The position numbers and the translations under genes are program-made. A model generated the notes under the pieces. It was not told the origin of the DNA. It saw only the letters and a program-made list of their open reading frames with translations, and did no database searches. Below are positions 1 to 8,152 of a DNA stretch of 12,387 nucleotides, piece by piece; within the stretch, counting starts at the first letter, position 1; each line of letters starts with the position of its first letter. Source of the DNA: Deltaproteobacteria bacterium (GTDB lineage Bacteria > Bdellovibrionota_C > UBA2361 > JAAYZI01). The DNA lies in the NCBI GenBank assembly GCA_012514925.1, contig JAAYZI010000029.1, positions 1 to 12,387 of the forward strand, in the 5' to 3' direction.

Positions 1-409
1 TGCTGAAAGCCGCCTGGCGGATGCTAAGGCTCAAGTTGAAAAGGTAAGAGCCGAGTGGAGCGCCAAGATCAAGACGTTGGGAGTTCACGGTGAAAACAGG
101 GCGCGAGTGCTGCATTCAGAGGGTGACCTGTACGAGGCCCAAAAGAACGCAGAAGGTGATTTGTTTGTTGCCAAGGCTAAGGCAGAAGTTGATAGGTTGC
201 GGGCGGATGCTTTAGCCGCCAAAGGGGGAGGAGACGTTTATGTCGCACGCGAACTGGCACCGCTTCTTAGCTCTTTAAAGGGCGGAGTTATTGGTCAAAT
301 TGATCCTTATAACTTCGAAGAGTGGCTTAAGCGTTTTGGAATCGCCGGGGCAACCGGAACACGGTCGGAGGGCGGGGCCGTTTTGGAAGTCAGGGAGGCT
401 AAGCCATGA
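1..409 (+). CDS. SPFH/band-7 family protein, C-terminal fragment; the ORF enters the window from upstream
   Basis: Frame 2 is open from nt 2 to the TGA at 407-409 with no upstream stop. The Ala/Glu/Lys-rich coiled-coil tail and ...GGGDVYVARELAPLL...IDPYNFEEWLKRF parallel the C-terminus of the next protein (GGRAILKLDLSRNL...IDTNELLKQIGVF), so the two are tandem paralogs. The stop overlaps the next start (ATGA). Confidence 0.5.
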   Translation, partial: AESRLADAKAQVEKVRAEWSAKIKTLGVHGENRARVLHSEGDLYEAQKNAEGDLFVAKAKAEVDRLRADALAAKGGGDVYVARELAPLLSSLKGGVIGQIDPYNFEEWLKRFGIAGATGTRSEGGAVLEVREAKP

Positions 410-1479
410 ACAGGGTTTTAAGGTGGGGGCTGGCTCTCCTTTTGATTTTTACTCTTAGCGCCTGTGAATCGCCGATCAAACACTTAGGTCCGGCAGAGTA
501 TGGGGTGGTGTTTAGAACTCTTCCTCGTTTCTTGGGTGGCGGGTTGGCAAACAAAGTTCGACGCCCCGGGGAGACTTTTATTCTCTGGCCTTGGGACACC
601 GTATATGTATTTGATACAAAAATTCAAACTCTAGAGTGGGGGCAGGCTGGAAGGGGCAGCAATTCCACGCGGGACGATTACGTGCAGACGCGCGCGGTAG
701 ATGGCAATGAAGTTTCATTGGCAGTGCGGGTGCAGTTTGCGATTACCACAGATGAAAAAGATCTGCTTTACCTTGTTCAGAATGTGGGGACTTCGAACGC
801 TGCGGTAGAACAGGTTGTGATTGCCGCCGCGCGCGCCGACCTGCGTACAGCTATGAACCGTCTAAAGACCGGCGAGTTTCTTATTAACGTCGCCAAATAC
901 CGTGGTGAGTCTGATGCGAAGAAAGCGCTGCAGGATAGGCTTGGTCCCTACGGCATAAATATCGTAAGTGTCAATCTTAGTGAGCACCGTTTTGAACGGG
1001 TGCTTGCGGATGGCTCTATCGACAGGTCTTACCAGGAACGCATCAATCGTATCCAAGCTCTAGAACAGGAGACCGCCCGTGAAGTTTTAAATATCGAGGC
1101 GGTTAAAGCCGATAAAGAGCGCGAGTACAATAACATTCAAGCGGTGGTAAACGCGCAGGTGGCGGAAGCCGAGGGGTATAAAAATCAGGCGCGTTTAAGG
1201 GGTGACGGCTATTCAGAGGCCAAACAAAACGAGGCAAAAGGCGTGTTAGCAAGTGGGCAGGCCCAGGCGAGCGGACTTGCGGCGCAGGTCGCCGCGCTTA
1301 GCGGGCCGGGTGGGCGCGCCATTTTAAAGCTTGACCTTTCCCGAAATCTCCAAAAGGCCGAGCCTAAGTTTGTGCTTATGGGAAAAACCGCCCCCGGTGA
1401 GGAGGGAATTGAGGTTAAGCGAATCGACACGAATGAGCTTCTAAAGCAAATCGGAGTCTTTGAGGGGCTCTCAAAATAG
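406..1479 (+). CDS. SPFH/band-7 (stomatin/prohibitin/HflKC-like) domain lipoprotein
   Basis: 357-aa ORF. ATG preceded by AGGGAGG with a 7-nt spacer. N-terminus MNRVLRWGLALLLIFTLSAC is a lipoprotein signal with lipobox LSAC. Central region GVVFRTLPRF...ILWPWDTVYVFDTKIQTLEW...LRTAMNRL...GINIVSVNLSE is typical of the SPFH fold. The C-terminus is an Ala/Gln/Glu-rich coiled coil. Confidence 0.7.
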   Translation: MNRVLRWGLALLLIFTLSACESPIKHLGPAEYGVVFRTLPRFLGGGLANKVRRPGETFILWPWDTVYVFDTKIQTLEWGQAGRGSNSTRDDYVQTRAVDGNEVSLAVRVQFAITTDEKDLLYLVQNVGTSNAAVEQVVIAAARADLRTAMNRLKTGEFLINVAKYRGESDAKKALQDRLGPYGINIVSVNLSEHRFERVLADGSIDRSYQERINRIQALEQETAREVLNIEAVKADKEREYNNIQAVVNAQVAEAEGYKNQARLRGDGYSEAKQNEAKGVLASGQAQASGLAAQVAALSGPGGRAILKLDLSRNLQKAEPKFVLMGKTAPGEEGIEVKRIDTNELLKQIGVFEGLSK

Positions 1480-1545
1480 TGTGTCTTCAAAGGCAATGTA
1501 CCAACTCAAAATGGGATTACCACACAAAGTAAAGGCACCCTCTGG

Positions 1546-1608
1546 TTGATAGCCCTTATATATCAATGCTATAACCACGGAGCGTTTTATAGTTTATCAG
1601 AGTATAAT
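1546..1608 (+). promoter_or_regulatory. Candidate sigma70-type promoter elements for the aro/phe operon: TTGATA (1546-1551)-N18-TATAAC (1570-1575), plus a perfect TATAAT at 1603-1608 only 13 nt before the ATG
   Basis: AT-rich 142-bp gap between the SPFH gene stop and the first operon gene. Hexamers were read directly. No SD precedes ATG 1622. Confidence 0.25.
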
Positions 1609-1621
1609 TTCTCAGGCCGTT

Positions 1622-1906
1622 ATGAATGAGCAAAAGAACGACGAGGATACCGTAGGTACCGACCTTTCAACCGTTAGAGAGGAAATTAATCGCATTGATC
1701 GCGAACTGCTGAGGCTCCTCTCTGAGAGACGGGCGTGCAGTAGCAAAGCAGTGCAAGTAAAGGAGCTTGTACATAGCCCCATCCGGGACCGGGGACGTGA
1801 AGAACAGTTGCTTTTGGACCGTATCCAAATAGCTAAAAGTTTTGGGTTAGATGCCCACTACACAACCAAGGTGTTTCATCAGATTTTAGATGACTCGATC
1901 CACGCG
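1622..1906 (+). other. AroQ-class chorismate mutase domain of the fusion protein
   Basis: Helical CM signature residues (R..R, K, RDxxRE, Q) spaced as in the E. coli P-protein N-terminus. Confidence 0.75.
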
Positions 1907-3694
1907 CAGCAAGAGCACTTGCAACGCCTCGCCAATGCCGATAAGGCCGGAGATGCGCTGGTGCGGGTGGCCTTTCAAGGTATAGAAGGTTCTTTCAGCC
2001 ATATGGCGGCGCTTGAGTGCTTTAGCAGTCGCACCTCGCAGGCGGTTTACTTGGGTTGCCAGACCTTCAAGGAAGTTATGACGGCAGTGGAACAGGGACG
2101 GGCCGATTATGCCATTGTGCCTGTTGAGGATACCAGCTCAGGGGGTATTAATGAGGTCTACGATCTCTTACTGCACACACAGCTTGCAATTGTAGCTGAG
2201 AAAAAAAGCCGCGTAGTCTACTGTTTATTGGCGCTTCCTGCAGCCACGCTTAGCGGCATCAAGAAAGTCTTCTGTTCTCCGGCTGCGGCGCTTCAGTGCA
2301 GCAACTTTCTCTCTCGCCTGCCTAACTGTCACGTCGAGTACTCTACGGATGCCTCTCTTTCGGGCAAGCGCATCTCCGAAGGCTCAGACAAATCGGTAGC
2401 AGCGATTGCTAGCGAAGAGGCGGCCAGGCTCTTTGGATTGGCGGTTCTGGAACGCGGCATCACCAATCAGGAGGAGAATTACACTCGCTTTTTGATCGCC
2501 GCCAGGAAGCCGGTGAAAGTTGATCTTAGAATTCCTTGCAAAACTTCGATTGTGATATCGACCGCGCAAAAACCAGGCGCTCTGGTGGAGGCCCTTCTGG
2601 TTTTCAGGGAGAACGGCATTAATCTCACCAAACTGGAGTCTCGTCCTGTTATCGGAAATCCCTGGGAGGAGATGTTCTACGTAGATTTCGAGGGCAATCT
2701 GGAAGAGGATCGGGTCAAGTTGACTTTGGATGAGCTCACTCGCAAAGCGCGCTTTATCAAGGTGCTGGGAAGTTATCCCTGCGAAGAAGTGCCCCCCACC
2801 CAGATCTCGGCAAAGCAGAGGTTGAATTCCGGCGCGAATGCTGGCGCTGAAATTAAACCTGTGGCTAAGGCTGCGGCACCTGCCCCAAAGGTTTCCTCCA
2901 AGGCGAAGGGCTATCGCCTTGGCAGTAGGGAGTATAAGGCTGAGGATACCATTATAGATGTGCGAGGCATTAAAATAGGCGGCGGCGGTTTTGTGGTCCT
3001 GGCTGGTCCGTGCTCAGTTGAGTCTTATGATCAGGTCATGGCATGCGCACGTGAAGTTAAGGAAAACGGCGGAGTAATCCTAAGAGGTGGCTGCTTTAAG
3101 CCCAGGACTTCCCCCTACAGTTTTCAGGGCATGGGTTATGAGGGGCTGGATATCTTGGCGCAGGCTGGGCGCAAGTACGGCCTTCCGATTATAACCGAAG
3201 TGCTTTCAATCGAGGATATGGAACGAGTCGCTGAAAAGTCTGACATGATCCAGATTGGCGCGCGCAACATGCAAAATTTCACTCTGCTTAGTGAGGCCGG
3301 GCGCATGCATCGCCCGGTGCTCCTAAAGCGAGGCATGAGTTCCTCCCTGGAGGAGCTGCTGCAGGCCACGGAGTATATTTTGGCGCAAGGTAATCAGCAG
3401 GTGATCTTATGCGAGCGGGGTATTCGTACTTTTGAGACCGCCACTCGCAGCACTCTTGATCTGAGCGCCGTGCCGGTCTTAAAGGCGCGCTCGCATCTTC
3501 CGGTGATCGTGGACCCTTCGCATGCGGCAGGGGAGCGAGATCTTGTGCCGCCTCTGGCCTTAGCGGCCAAAGCGGTCGGAGCTGATGGCATTATCGTGGA
3601 GATTCATCCCGAACCTGAGAAGGCACTTAGCGACGGCCCGCAAGCATTGCGCTTTCCAGAATTCGCGGATTTAATGCTGAGGCTTTTGGCTTGA
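1622..3694 (+). CDS. pheA-aroG: Trifunctional fusion: chorismate mutase (AroQ) / prephenate dehydratase with ACT domain (P-protein, PheA) / 3-deoxy-D-arabino-heptulosonate-7-phosphate synthase class I-beta (AroG/AroA-Ibeta type)
   Basis: Single 690-aa ORF. aa 1-95 align by eye to the E. coli PheA CM domain ([19 protein letters not shown]...[12 protein letters not shown]...[18 protein letters not shown]). PDT motifs present: [15 protein letters not shown] and TRF (nt 2483-2491). ACT domain carries GALV (2576-2587) and ESRP (2636-2647). The linker [39 protein letters not shown] follows. The C-terminal about 260 aa are near-identical in motif content to T. maritima-type [17 protein letters not shown]...LAGPCSVES...[17 protein letters not shown] (3098-3130)...[11 protein letters not shown]...VLLKRGM...[11 protein letters not shown]...IVDPSH...[12 protein letters not shown]. 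Confidence 0.88.
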   Translation: MNEQKNDEDTVGTDLSTVREEINRIDRELLRLLSERRACSSKAVQVKELVHSPIRDRGREEQLLLDRIQIAKSFGLDAHYTTKVFHQILDDSIHAQQEHLQRLANADKAGDALVRVAFQGIEGSFSHMAALECFSSRTSQAVYLGCQTFKEVMTAVEQGRADYAIVPVEDTSSGGINEVYDLLLHTQLAIVAEKKSRVVYCLLALPAATLSGIKKVFCSPAAALQCSNFLSRLPNCHVEYSTDASLSGKRISEGSDKSVAAIASEEAARLFGLAVLERGITNQEENYTRFLIAARKPVKVDLRIPCKTSIVISTAQKPGALVEALLVFRENGINLTKLESRPVIGNPWEEMFYVDFEGNLEEDRVKLTLDELTRKARFIKVLGSYPCEEVPPTQISAKQRLNSGANAGAEIKPVAKAAAPAPKVSSKAKGYRLGSREYKAEDTIIDVRGIKIGGGGFVVLAGPCSVESYDQVMACAREVKENGGVILRGGCFKPRTSPYSFQGMGYEGLDILAQAGRKYGLPIITEVLSIEDMERVAEKSDMIQIGARNMQNFTLLSEAGRMHRPVLLKRGMSSSLEELLQATEYILAQGNQQVILCERGIRTFETATRSTLDLSAVPVLKARSHLPVIVDPSHAAGERDLVPPLALAAKAVGADGIIVEIHPEPEKALSDGPQALRFPEFADLMLRLLA
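1958..2780 (+). other. Prephenate dehydratase catalytic domain plus ACT regulatory domain of the fusion protein
   Basis: The TRF motif and the GALV/ESRP motifs are present. Confidence 0.75.
2781..2908 (+). other. Low-complexity Ala/Lys/Pro-rich interdomain linker; contains a C6 homopolymer (2789-2794) and an in-frame GAGG-TTG potential internal start
   Basis: Read directly from the translation and nucleotide sequence. No stop codon in frame. Confidence 0.55.
2909..3694 (+). other. DAHP synthase class I-beta (KDO8PS-like TIM barrel) catalytic domain of the fusion protein
   Basis: The [11 protein letters not shown] motif distinguishes DAHPS from KDO8P synthase (KANRSS in KdsA). Metal/PEP ligand motifs CxxE/GPC, IQIGAR, KRG, DPSH and HPEP are present. 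Confidence 0.85.
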
Positions 3695-4785
3695 TGCAAC
3701 AGCTTGAGATCAATATCGGCGCGGCCCAGGCAGAGACATATAAAATTTGGGTTGGCTCTGGGTTGATTTCGAAAGTGCCGGAGTTCTTCGACCTCTCGTC
3801 TTATAGCCGGGTGGCGGTGTTAAGTGATCATAATGTAGCGCCGCATTGGGGTGCCACTCTAGTTGAAGCCCTCTCGCATCGCGCCGAGCTGATTGTAATC
3901 CCCGCAGGCGAGGAGGCTAAGAACATCACCACAGTGGAGCTGGTGTGGAGGCGGCTCTTAGAAGCTGGCTGTGATCGAAAGTCTCTGGTGCTTAATTTAG
4001 GTGGAGGGGTGGTCGGTGATCTAGGAGGTTTTGCTGCGGCCAGTTATATGCGTGGTGTTGATTTTGTGCAGATACCGACCACGTTGCTTTCGCAGGTCGA
4101 CGCCAGTGTGGGCGGCAAGCTTGGCATTAACTCGGCGGGAGTAAAGAATTTAGCCGGTGTATTTAGGCAGCCGCGTGGGGTGATCATCGATACCGATACG
4201 CTTAGTACCCTGCCCAAACGGGAGCTACTTTCCGGGTTGGCCGAAGTCCTAAAGCATGGGCTTATTCGAGACGCTGATTATTTTACCCAGGTGTGTGGGC
4301 TTGGAGAAGCGGTCTTTGAGCCTAAAAATTTGGAACAGATAATCCTTCGCTCCTGCCAAATTAAGGCTGAAGTGGTGCAAGCCGATGAATTGGAGGGTGG
4401 ACTTAGAAAGATTCTAAATTTCGGACATAGCATCGGGCACGCCATCGAAATCCTATCACATGCGAGGCTTCCGGCGGAGCATCTGTTGCACGGTGAGGCA
4501 GTGTCGTTAGGCATGTTGGCCGAAGCCAAACTCTCTGAGCTTGCGGGGTTTATCAGCGCGGCCGACCTGGACCACATCCGAGCTGGTTTGCAGGGCTGTG
4601 GTCTTCCGGTCACGTTAAAGCAGCGCTTCGCTCTGGAGGATCTACTAGCCAAGCTGAAATTAGATAAGAAGAATGTAGGCGGTGTTCTTAAGTGGACATT
4701 ACTTCGCGCTTTAGGTGAGGCTGTTTTTGATGTTGAGATCTTGCCCGAGTTGGTTGAGCAGTCCCTTAGAGAGGAGTTTGCTTGA
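3694..4785 (+). CDS. aroB: 3-dehydroquinate synthase
   Basis: ATG 3694 overlaps the TGA of the upstream gene (TGATG). The ORF track offers TTG 3691 as an alternative. NAD-binding motif GGGVVGDLGGFAAASYMRGVDFVQIPTTLLSQVDASVGGKLGIN and metal-binding HGEA / FGH motifs are present. Confidence 0.9.
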   Translation: MQQLEINIGAAQAETYKIWVGSGLISKVPEFFDLSSYSRVAVLSDHNVAPHWGATLVEALSHRAELIVIPAGEEAKNITTVELVWRRLLEAGCDRKSLVLNLGGGVVGDLGGFAAASYMRGVDFVQIPTTLLSQVDASVGGKLGINSAGVKNLAGVFRQPRGVIIDTDTLSTLPKRELLSGLAEVLKHGLIRDADYFTQVCGLGEAVFEPKNLEQIILRSCQIKAEVVQADELEGGLRKILNFGHSIGHAIEILSHARLPAEHLLHGEAVSLGMLAEAKLSELAGFISAADLDHIRAGLQGCGLPVTLKQRFALEDLLAKLKLDKKNVGGVLKWTLLRALGEAVFDVEILPELVEQSLREEFA

Positions 4786-6125
4786 AGGCGGTGGAAAAAA
4801 CAGTGGAGTCAGAGCAAGGGAGCGCGCGGGTGCTGCTTACGCCGCCTAGGCACCGGATTGAAGGCGAAATTTTACTTTCCGGCTCCAAAAGCTACACCAA
4901 TCGCGCATTAATCTTAGCGGCCCTAGCCGATGGCCGAAGTGAGTTAATAAACGCCTCAAGTAGTGACGATTCTAAAGTGATGCTTTCTGCGCTTTCTAAG
5001 TTAGGAGTAAGCTTTGGATGGCGGGATGAAACGTTGTGGGTGCAGGGTTGTGGTGGGCGTTTCAAACCGTATCAGGGAGATATTGATCTTGGCCCAGCCG
5101 GCACATGCATGCGCTTTCTTACGGCGTTATGCGCTTTTGTTGAAGGCGTAGATGTTGTGCTAAGAGGCAGCAAGCGCATGCACACCCGGCCAATCGCCGA
5201 TCTGGTTGAGGGGCTTAAATCTCTGGGGGCACAGATCGAATATGTGGGGAGCTTTGGATGCCCGCCACTTAGGATCCTGGGCCGAAGTGCGCCGTCTTTG
5301 GGCAGGGTGAGTTTGAGCGGTGCTGCCAGTAGTCAATTTTTTAGCGCCCTTCTTATGGTGTCTCCTTTCTTTAAGGAGGGCTTAGAGATTGAAGTGCTGG
5401 GAGAGCAGGTTTCAAAGTCCTACATCGATATGACCGTTGCAAGTATGCGCGCCTTTGGGGTGGAGGCGCAAAATCAAGGGTACTGCCGTTACGCTGTGCC
5501 CGCGGGAGCCAGGTATCAAAGTAGGGTGCAGGTAATAGAGCCTGATGCTTCGGGAGCTTCCTACCTGTGGGGGATCGCCGCGATTTCGAGGGGGCGGGTT
5601 AAGGTTAAGAACCTCTCTTTTGGATCGGCCCAGGGGGACATAGCCTTTCCTAAGTTTCTGGAGCGAATGGGATGCCGTGTAAGCTGCTCGGCCGCATCTG
5701 AACCCGCTTGGATTGAGGTCGAGGGTCCCGCGCGGCTTATAGCGCTTGAGGCCGATATGTCATCCTGCCCGGATACGGCGCAGAGTTTAGCGGTGGTGGC
5801 AGCTATGGCTGAAGGGGAAAGTCGCATCCATGGATTGAGCACTCTGAAACATAAAGAGACCGACAGGTTGGTAGCGCTGCAGCAGGAGCTTGCGCGGGTA
5901 GGAATAACCAGTCGTGTCACTGAGAGCGAGATTTATGTGCAGGGGGGAGATCCTCACGCCGCTTCGATTAAAACTTACGACGACCATCGTATGGCGATGT
6001 CTTTTGCTATGCTTGGATCGAAGCTGGATGGGTTGGCGATAGAGTCACCTGCGGTTGTTACCAAATCGTTTCCTGACTTCTGGGAACAGTTAAGTCGGCT
6101 TGGCATAGGGGTAAGATGCGAGTAA
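4782..6125 (+). CDS. aroA: 3-phosphoshikimate 1-carboxyvinyltransferase (EPSP synthase), class I-like
   Basis: LLSGSKSYTNRALILAALADG, LGPAGTCMRFL, KETDRL and YDDHRMAMSFA motifs. Aligns along its length to E. coli AroA. The start is uncertain: TTG 4782 overlaps the aroB stop. An in-frame GTG at 4830 is preceded by AAGGGAG (4816-4822, 7-nt spacer) and gives an N-terminal length matching E. coli. Confidence 0.9.
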   Translation: MKAVEKTVESEQGSARVLLTPPRHRIEGEILLSGSKSYTNRALILAALADGRSELINASSSDDSKVMLSALSKLGVSFGWRDETLWVQGCGGRFKPYQGDIDLGPAGTCMRFLTALCAFVEGVDVVLRGSKRMHTRPIADLVEGLKSLGAQIEYVGSFGCPPLRILGRSAPSLGRVSLSGAASSQFFSALLMVSPFFKEGLEIEVLGEQVSKSYIDMTVASMRAFGVEAQNQGYCRYAVPAGARYQSRVQVIEPDASGASYLWGIAAISRGRVKVKNLSFGSAQGDIAFPKFLERMGCRVSCSAASEPAWIEVEGPARLIALEADMSSCPDTAQSLAVVAAMAEGESRIHGLSTLKHKETDRLVALQQELARVGITSRVTESEIYVQGGDPHAASIKTYDDHRMAMSFAMLGSKLDGLAIESPAVVTKSFPDFWEQLSRLGIGVRCE

Positions 6126-6625
6126 CCCTGGTAGGCTTTATGGGATGTGGTAAAAGCACAGTCGCGGCGCTGTTAGCGCGCAGACTGGGCTGGCGCTTAG
6201 TTGAGATGGATGAGTTGATCCTAAGCAACTCCGGTGAAGAGTCTATTGAAGATATTTTTCAAAAACGGGGCGAGGGGTATTTTAGAGACCTCGAGTGTGC
6301 TTGCCTTAATTCCCTGAGCAAGGAGGATAAACTGGTGGTCTCTGCCGGCGGAGGAGTGGTTATGCGCCCTGAAAACCTTGACGCTCTTAAGGCGGGTGGG
6401 GGGAAGGTTGTTTACCTAGAGACCGGTTTTGAGGAGGTTAAAAAGCGTCTGGGGGATGGCCGGGGACGGCCGCTTTTTCAGGATGTAAAGCAAGCGGAGA
6501 ACCTATACATTTTTCGTGTTCCACTTTATAAAAGATTTTGCGATGTTAAGGTAAAAAGCGAGGATAAAACTCCCGAGCAGGTCGCGCAGGAGATTCAAGT
6601 TTGGTTAGCTCAAGCCGGTAAATAA
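6116..6625 (+). CDS. aroK: Shikimate kinase
   Basis: 169 aa. P-loop VGFMGCGKSTVAALLARRLGW. The start overlaps the aroA 3' end by 10 nt. SD-like AGGGGTAAG upstream. Confidence 0.88.
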   Translation: MRVTLVGFMGCGKSTVAALLARRLGWRLVEMDELILSNSGEESIEDIFQKRGEGYFRDLECACLNSLSKEDKLVVSAGGGVVMRPENLDALKAGGGKVVYLETGFEEVKKRLGDGRGRPLFQDVKQAENLYIFRVPLYKRFCDVKVKSEDKTPEQVAQEIQVWLAQAGK

Positions 6626-6626
6626 C

Positions 6627-7463
6627 ATGCGGGTCACAGCAGAAAGTAAACTCTGTATCATCATTGGAGATCCGGTGGCGCATAGCCTTTCGCCGTTAAT
6701 ACACAACGCGGCATTCTTGGCGTGTGGTTTGGATTCTAAGTTCGCATTTATGGCTGCGCGTGTGCGAGAAGACGATCTTAAAGCCGCGATCTTCGGGCTG
6801 CGCGCGCTGGGCGCGCGCGGGGTGAGCTGCACCCAGCCTCATAAGGTTGCTGTAATGCAGTTCTTGGATGAGATCGACCATGCGGCTCGTCAGGTTGGCG
6901 CGGTCAATACAGTCGTCAACCAAGATGGCCGACTGTGCGGTTATAACACCGACACCTTGGGAGTTGTAGGGCCGCTTAAGAAGCGTACGACTCTGCGCGG
7001 AAAGAAGGTGGGGCTGATCGGTGCCGGTGGGGCCGCACGTGCGGCACTTTTCGGTCTAAAACAAGAGGGCGCAGAGGTGACCGTTTTTAACAGGTCCAAG
7101 GAGCGTGGGAAGGAGTTGGCAGATGCGGCTGGATGCGACTTTTGTCCGCTTTCTGAGTTCGGTGCGGGCTTGGGTTTTGAGATTCTTGTTAACACCACCT
7201 CACTTGGTATGTACCCGCATCCGGACGAAACGCCGCTTGCGGCTGAGCAGATTCAGGCCGGGCAAATTGTATTTGACGCTGTGTATGCGCCTTATCAGAC
7301 CAAGCTGCTTAGCATAGCCCGCAGCCGCGGAGCTGAAGTGGTGCACGGCACGGAGATGTTTATTGCGCAGGGTGCCGCTCAGTTTGAACTCTACACAGGC
7401 ATGTCCGCACCGCTAAGTGCGATGGAGCAAGCCCTGCATCTGCATTTGGGGATTAAACCGTGA
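6627..7463 (+). CDS. aroE: Shikimate 5-dehydrogenase
   Basis: IIGDPVAHSLSPLIHNAAF substrate-binding motif, NTD catalytic motif (GYNTDTLG), and GLIGAGGAARA dinucleotide-binding motif. Starts 1 nt after the aroK stop. Confidence 0.88.
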   Translation: MRVTAESKLCIIIGDPVAHSLSPLIHNAAFLACGLDSKFAFMAARVREDDLKAAIFGLRALGARGVSCTQPHKVAVMQFLDEIDHAARQVGAVNTVVNQDGRLCGYNTDTLGVVGPLKKRTTLRGKKVGLIGAGGAARAALFGLKQEGAEVTVFNRSKERGKELADAAGCDFCPLSEFGAGLGFEILVNTTSLGMYPHPDETPLAAEQIQAGQIVFDAVYAPYQTKLLSIARSRGAEVVHGTEMFIAQGAAQFELYTGMSAPLSAMEQALHLHLGIKP

Positions 7464-8152
7464 TTAACTACTGTTTACCGATTATTGAGCGCGAGGCTGA
7501 ATTTGTGCGGGAGCTGATAGACCGCAGCCGTGCCGATTATCATTTTATAGAGATCTGGCTTGACTATATTCAGGAGTTGGATCCCTTTTTTGTAGAAGAG
7601 CTTGCGGCGAGTTTAGGAAGTCGACTCATTTTTTTATTCAGACGCCAAGGGCTTGACAAAATACAGATGCCTCTTGAGAGTCGCTACCGCATTATTTACA
7701 AGATTTCGGAGAGCGCAAGTTTTTTGGACTTGGACCTTACGACTCAGGTTGAAGAGCTGGATTACATAAGAAGGGAAGGGCTTTCGCCCAAGTTAATCCT
7801 CTCCTACCACAATTACATAGAGACCCCGGATTGGCCGGTGCTACGCAAGTTGGCGGTGACGATGCGTAGGAACCGCGCCACAGTTTGTAAGGTGGCTTGT
7901 ATGTGCAACAGCCCTGAGGATGCGGTGCGTTTACTGACGTTGCAGATGGAGTTTCGGAAAAACGCTGTGCGCCACATTGTGCTTGGCATGGGAGGATATG
8001 GGGCAGTAACTCGTATCTTCGGCACTCTTTGGGGAAATGAGATGATCTTCGCTCCGTCTTCGCATCAGAGCGAATCCGCGCCGGGTCAGCTTACCCAAGG
8101 AGAGCTGGCGCAAATTTTTAAGATTCTGGAGGGGCAAAATGGGCGGAAATAG
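7460..8152 (+). CDS. aroD: 3-dehydroquinate dehydratase, type I
   Basis: 230 aa. The GTG start overlaps the aroE stop (GTGA). Type I features: LILSYHNYIETP and an active-site Lys context CKVACM (Schiff-base lysine region). Sits between aroE and aroC in the operon. Confidence 0.75.
   Translation: MINYCLPIIEREAEFVRELIDRSRADYHFIEIWLDYIQELDPFFVEELAASLGSRLIFLFRRQGLDKIQMPLESRYRIIYKISESASFLDLDLTTQVEELDYIRREGLSPKLILSYHNYIETPDWPVLRKLAVTMRRNRATVCKVACMCNSPEDAVRLLTLQMEFRKNAVRHIVLGMGGYGAVTRIFGTLWGNEMIFAPSSHQSESAPGQLTQGELAQIFKILEGQNGRK

Noticed and set aside
1209-1496. ORF 1209-1496(-), 95 aa
   Set aside because: Antisense to the SPFH gene's low-complexity coiled-coil region. Its Ser/Pro-rich composition is a frame artefact.
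1496-1549. 17-codon uORF (MYQLKMGLPHKVKAPSG*) upstream of pheA::aroG as a possible Phe attenuator leader peptide
   Set aside because: It has no Phe codons and no obvious alternative terminator/antiterminator hairpins downstream. It overlaps the candidate -35 element.
2909-3694. KDO-8-phosphate synthase (KdsA) as an alternative call for the C-terminal barrel
   Set aside because: The [22 protein letters not shown] and [11 protein letters not shown] motifs match Ibeta DAHPS (T. maritima/B. subtilis type) rather than KdsA (KANRSS...). The operon context is purely shikimate.
2384-5987. Antisense small ORFs inside the aro genes (2384-2569, 3136-3369, 3394-3591, 4278-4652, 5561-5920, 5787-5987, and later 6605-6832, 6696-6923, 6941-7198, 7813-8025, 7931-8218, 8343-8699, 8853-9260, 8978-9187)
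   Set aside because: They lie entirely within, and opposite to, strongly supported CDSs with clear family signatures. They have no SD or start context. They are shadow ORFs.
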